A stretch of DNA of 64,000 bases, from assembly GCA_965279515.1 (NCBI GenBank), contig CBDIID010000003.1:3808001-3872000 (forward strand), in the 5' to 3' direction. The DNA comes from Turneriella sp. (GTDB lineage: Bacteria; Spirochaetota; Leptospiria; Turneriellales; Turneriellaceae). Under the pieces are notes generated by a model. It made no database searches. It was not told the DNA's origin and saw only the letters and a program-made list of their open reading frames with translations. Each line of letters begins with the position of its first letter. Positions within the stretch are counted from its first letter, which is position 1. This document shows, in pieces, positions 60,968 through 64,000 of the stretch. The position numbers and the translations under genes are program-made.

Positions 60968-62187
60968 GAGTAGTTTTTCCCTGCCCTGTGTCCCCCTCCC
61001 GACCTCCCCCGCATGCGGGGGAGGTGACTCTGGCCAGAAAATTTTATAGAGGCGTGTGTGTCACTTTCGCATTATTGCTCCCCTCTCCGCATGCGGGGAG
61101 GGGATGGGGGTGGGGACTCCTGATGCTCATCCTTTGCCTTCCCCTGGCGGCGCAGACTTTAAAGCCCGCCGACCCTGCGGCTGATCCGACAGGTATTACT
61201 GGCCCGTCGACGCCGATGGATTTTCCGGCGCCTGGCGAAGGGGCGGCTATCGGTAAGATGCCCAAGGTCGAAGGCACTCTGGCGAAAATCCGCGCGAAAT
61301 ATTTTTATCTCGGCGAGTTGACCTGGCGCGGTGGCATTCTCCTGACGAAAGAGACCACCGACTGGGGCGAATCGCGTAAGACTGCCATTGAACAGGATAT
61401 CTTCCGCCGGGCGAGTCAATCCAACAACTCGACGAATGTTACGGTGCCGATGGCGCAGAACAACGCCATGAATTATATGGTCGGTATCGAAGGTCTCTTG
61501 GGCGTCAATCTCGACCAGTTACCCGGTTTGCGCGGCATCAACGCTCTTAAAGATAAGAAATTCTTCCGCATCGGCTTTCATGCCTATATGGCGCCGTTCT
61601 ACAAACAGACAACGCAGACAATCAGTGGCCCGTTTGCCTACTACGATGCCAATGCGCTGGTGCCGACCCGTACCTATGACGGCCAGGTTCAGGTGGATGA
61701 AAATCTGCTGACCGTTTCTCCGGGCATGAGCTTCTTCTATTGGTATGAGAAGGGGCTATTTGATCGCCGGCTGATGCCCTATTTAGGGGTCGAAGTGGGG
61801 CTTTCCCTGATTTATGGTAAACGAAAGTACACTTTAATGGCACAACCATACTCCTATGTGGAATCTAATAGTACGACGTCATCGTACCGGGTTGAGGCCA
61901 ACTTGCAAGAGAGCATTATCAATGATTTCGGCTTTCGTGTTATGCCCGCAATCGGCTTCCAGTTTCATGTATCGGGCGGGCATTATTTAGACTTGCGCGT
62001 GGGATACCAGTTGCAAGAGTATAATGTGACGCTCAACCGCCGGGGCTCCCTGACCGAGACAAAAACCTATGCCGACGGCAGTTTTGCGGTAACCTGGAGC
62101 GAAGATTTTCTTACTAAAACCAAGACGGCTAAGGTATCACAGAGCGGTATCGTGATACTTTTAGGCTATACCGCGGGGTTATTTTAG
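60964..62187 (+). CDS. Predicted outer-membrane beta-barrel protein (type B') with an in-frame palindromic insertion near the N-terminus
   Basis: TTGA overlap; LLMLILCLPLAA signal core; YLGVEVGLS, YLDLRVGYQ, C-terminal LGYTAGLF; alternative start ATG 61123. Confidence 0.7.
   Translation: MRVVFPCPVSPSRPPPHAGEVTLARKFYRGVCVTFALLLPSPHAGRGWGWGLLMLILCLPLAAQTLKPADPAADPTGITGPSTPMDFPAPGEGAAIGKMPKVEGTLAKIRAKYFYLGELTWRGGILLTKETTDWGESRKTAIEQDIFRRASQSNNSTNVTVPMAQNNAMNYMVGIEGLLGVNLDQLPGLRGINALKDKKFFRIGFHAYMAPFYKQTTQTISGPFAYYDANALVPTRTYDGQVQVDENLLTVSPGMSFFYWYEKGLFDRRLMPYLGVEVGLSLIYGKRKYTLMAQPYSYVESNSTTSSYRVEANLQESIINDFGFRVMPAIGFQFHVSGGHYLDLRVGYQLQEYNVTLNRRGSLTETKTYADGSFAVTWSEDFLTKTKTAKVSQSGIVILLGYTAGLF
60990..61117. 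repeat. REP-like inverted pair of GC-rich palindromes
   Basis: CCTCCCCCGCATGCGGGGGAGG perfect palindrome and a related inverted copy CTCCCCTCTCCGCATGCGGGGAGGGGATGGGGGTGGGGAC. Confidence 0.8.
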
Positions 62188-64000
62188 TGGTAAGGCTTAC
62201 GCCACATAGACATTCCTTCAAAACCTTGCGCCTCGCACTGCTTGTGCCCGTACTTGCGGCCTGTATCGGCCGTGCGACCCCGCCCGAGCAGGTGAAGCTC
62301 ACACAGCAACAGAACGAAGTCCTCGGCAAGTTTGCGCGTCAGGTGGGTGAGAAAGAGATCAATATTCTCCTCAAAGACCCGAATGACACGACGCTGCCGG
62401 GTTTGCCGGTGGGTGACCTGCTTTATATTCTTTCTAAGGTCAATGAAGACAAGTTGATAAAGTTGGTGAAAGGTATCAGCGCAACATCCACACTCGAACT
62501 GATTCTCGCCATTAAACGTGTCGGATGCACGCGCGTGAACGATAATCCGCTACCGGCGCAATATACTTTCGACGCCACCTCGGTAGCCAGCATGAACAGT
62601 TGCAAATGGAATCACTTCCATTTACCCAACATCATGGTGCAGCTCTTAAACGGCATCAATGACAACGGCCTGACGACGCTGATCGATACAGTGAAGCACT
62701 CCTATACAAATCTTGCCTGCGCTTCGAACGCTTCGGGATTCCTGGCCACAGACCAGGCGCTCTGTCCGGCGCCGACGATGATCACCACGCAGCCCGCCAC
62801 GACCGCGCTTGCTGATCCACTCAACGCTCCGTTTAATCCCGCAAACCAGCGCTATAAGGTTTCGGTCGAGCACTATGCGTTTCTCATGAAGATCGCATAT
62901 GTCGCGGCGGGGTTCGATTATCCGCAGCAGGCGACGGACCCTAATTTCGCTTCAGAAACTTTATCGGGACCATCAAAGCTCTATAATCTCATGAATTTGA
63001 CGAACGACGGCAGAGACATGGTCTTTTTGTTGGATTCGTTTGACAAAGGAGTGTGCCCGGGTAGCTGCGTTAATGTCACTACAGGAAACATTCTCACCGT
63101 AACGGCGGCGGGTGGTAATTTGTGGACCGACATACAAAACGGTACTCAATTGTTGAGCCTGAAAAATTTGCTGAGCATCATCGATCAGGTTCAGGATACT
63201 TCAAAGATGGGCATCCTCGTCAATGGTTACCGGCCGGTAAGTGGGCGCTACGATACCAGTTACGATAGTGGGCAATTGCGGTACTATATGGACCGTCTTC
63301 GCGTAGTGCTTGAGCGCACAACAGTATGCACGGCGGTCTCGTATCCCGGAACCGCCGCTGAGCAGGCCTTACAGGATTTTTCTAATCCGCAGGGCGGGGT
63401 GGCAGCTTGGAATACCAAACTTGCGACGTTGATTAACCTGATTTCCATCGCCAATGTCGGGCGGATGATGGATTTGATCTATTTTATCGAAGACGGCTAC
63501 AGCTTAAATCATACGAGTACATTCGCCTGCCCAGGGCGGGGCATCGACAACCTGATGGTCATGCTTAACAACTTGAATAATACGCCGAATATCCATAACG
63601 CGCCGAATACGACGAATAACGAGCTGATTACCGCGGCATACCTGATCGACAATGTTGCGCTGGCGCCACTCGATGCAAACCCGGCAAAACGCAATAAGGT
63701 CAAATACCTCGTAGAGTATATGGGTACAACTCTCGACGTGCTACAATTGGCTTGTTATACTGCCGTTGCGGATCAAGTTGATGGTGTCGCGCCAGCGGAT
63801 GGTACTCCCGAAACCTGCGATAACCGCGGGCTTATCAATCTGACCGCAGACGGTTCAAAACTCACAGATGCCGCCGTTGCAGATTTAACCGCGGCGGGCC
63901 AGAAACTGACCAACCTTTTGGGGCAGATCACGGAAATCGAAGACATGCGCTTTCTTGTGCGCAAGGTCAGCATGTCGAACATGACGCAGATCATCGCCGG
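62187..64000 (+). CDS. Second large helical-repeat lipoprotein (3' end outside window; missing from ORF track)
   Basis: Manual translation from GTG 62187: MVRLTPHRHSFKTLRLALLVPVLAAC (lipobox); open to 64000; repeats such as NLLSIIDQVQDTS-KMGILVNG and KLTNLLGQITEIE-DMRFLVRKVSMSN. Confidence 0.85.
   Translation, partial: MVRLTPHRHSFKTLRLALLVPVLAACIGRATPPEQVKLTQQQNEVLGKFARQVGEKEINILLKDPNDTTLPGLPVGDLLYILSKVNEDKLIKLVKGISATSTLELILAIKRVGCTRVNDNPLPAQYTFDATSVASMNSCKWNHFHLPNIMVQLLNGINDNGLTTLIDTVKHSYTNLACASNASGFLATDQALCPAPTMITTQPATTALADPLNAPFNPANQRYKVSVEHYAFLMKIAYVAAGFDYPQQATDPNFASETLSGPSKLYNLMNLTNDGRDMVFLLDSFDKGVCPGSCVNVTTGNILTVTAAGGNLWTDIQNGTQLLSLKNLLSIIDQVQDTSKMGILVNGYRPVSGRYDTSYDSGQLRYYMDRLRVVLERTTVCTAVSYPGTAAEQALQDFSNPQGGVAAWNTKLATLINLISIANVGRMMDLIYFIEDGYSLNHTSTFACPGRGIDNLMVMLNNLNNTPNIHNAPNTTNNELITAAYLIDNVALAPLDANPAKRNKVKYLVEYMGTTLDVLQLACYTAVADQVDGVAPADGTPETCDNRGLINLTADGSKLTDAAVADLTAAGQKLTNLLGQITEIEDMRFLVRKVSMSNMTQIIA

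Overview
Chromosomal window of a GC-balanced spirochete, most likely Leptospiraceae (Turneriella-like). This is inferred from the MotB N-terminus, DUF2225, the Leptospira-type lipase and the many spirochetal lipoboxes; it was not confirmed by a search. About 1-50 kb is mixed housekeeping and signalling: DUF445, a REC-adenylate cyclase, a PAS hybrid kinase with a response regulator, trpD, a CNT transporter, icd, ACAD, ilvN, amtB, motAB, mazG, cysE, glycosyltransferases and a lipase. Hidden non-coding elements include a cobalamin riboswitch leading an uncharacterised lipoprotein/DUF6580/Dph6-like operon, two identical sigma54 motifs (amtB and a HAD phosphatase), two sigma28-like promoters, a MerR operator, a 212-bp structured MITE with a TTA target duplication, and a REP-like palindrome inserted in-frame in a signal-peptide region. 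The standout region is 53.2-64 kb. It holds a ~1,498-aa lipoprotein made of 13-residue helical repeats interrupted by Gly/Thr/Cys-rich beta modules and split by a 7-bp tandem duplication. Next come four translationally coupled predicted outer-membrane beta-barrel paralogs in A-B-A'-B' order, then a second large helical-repeat lipoprotein that the ORF track missed because it runs off the window. Together these are a candidate undescribed cell-surface assembly/export system. No rRNA, tRNA, CRISPR array or transposase was seen.
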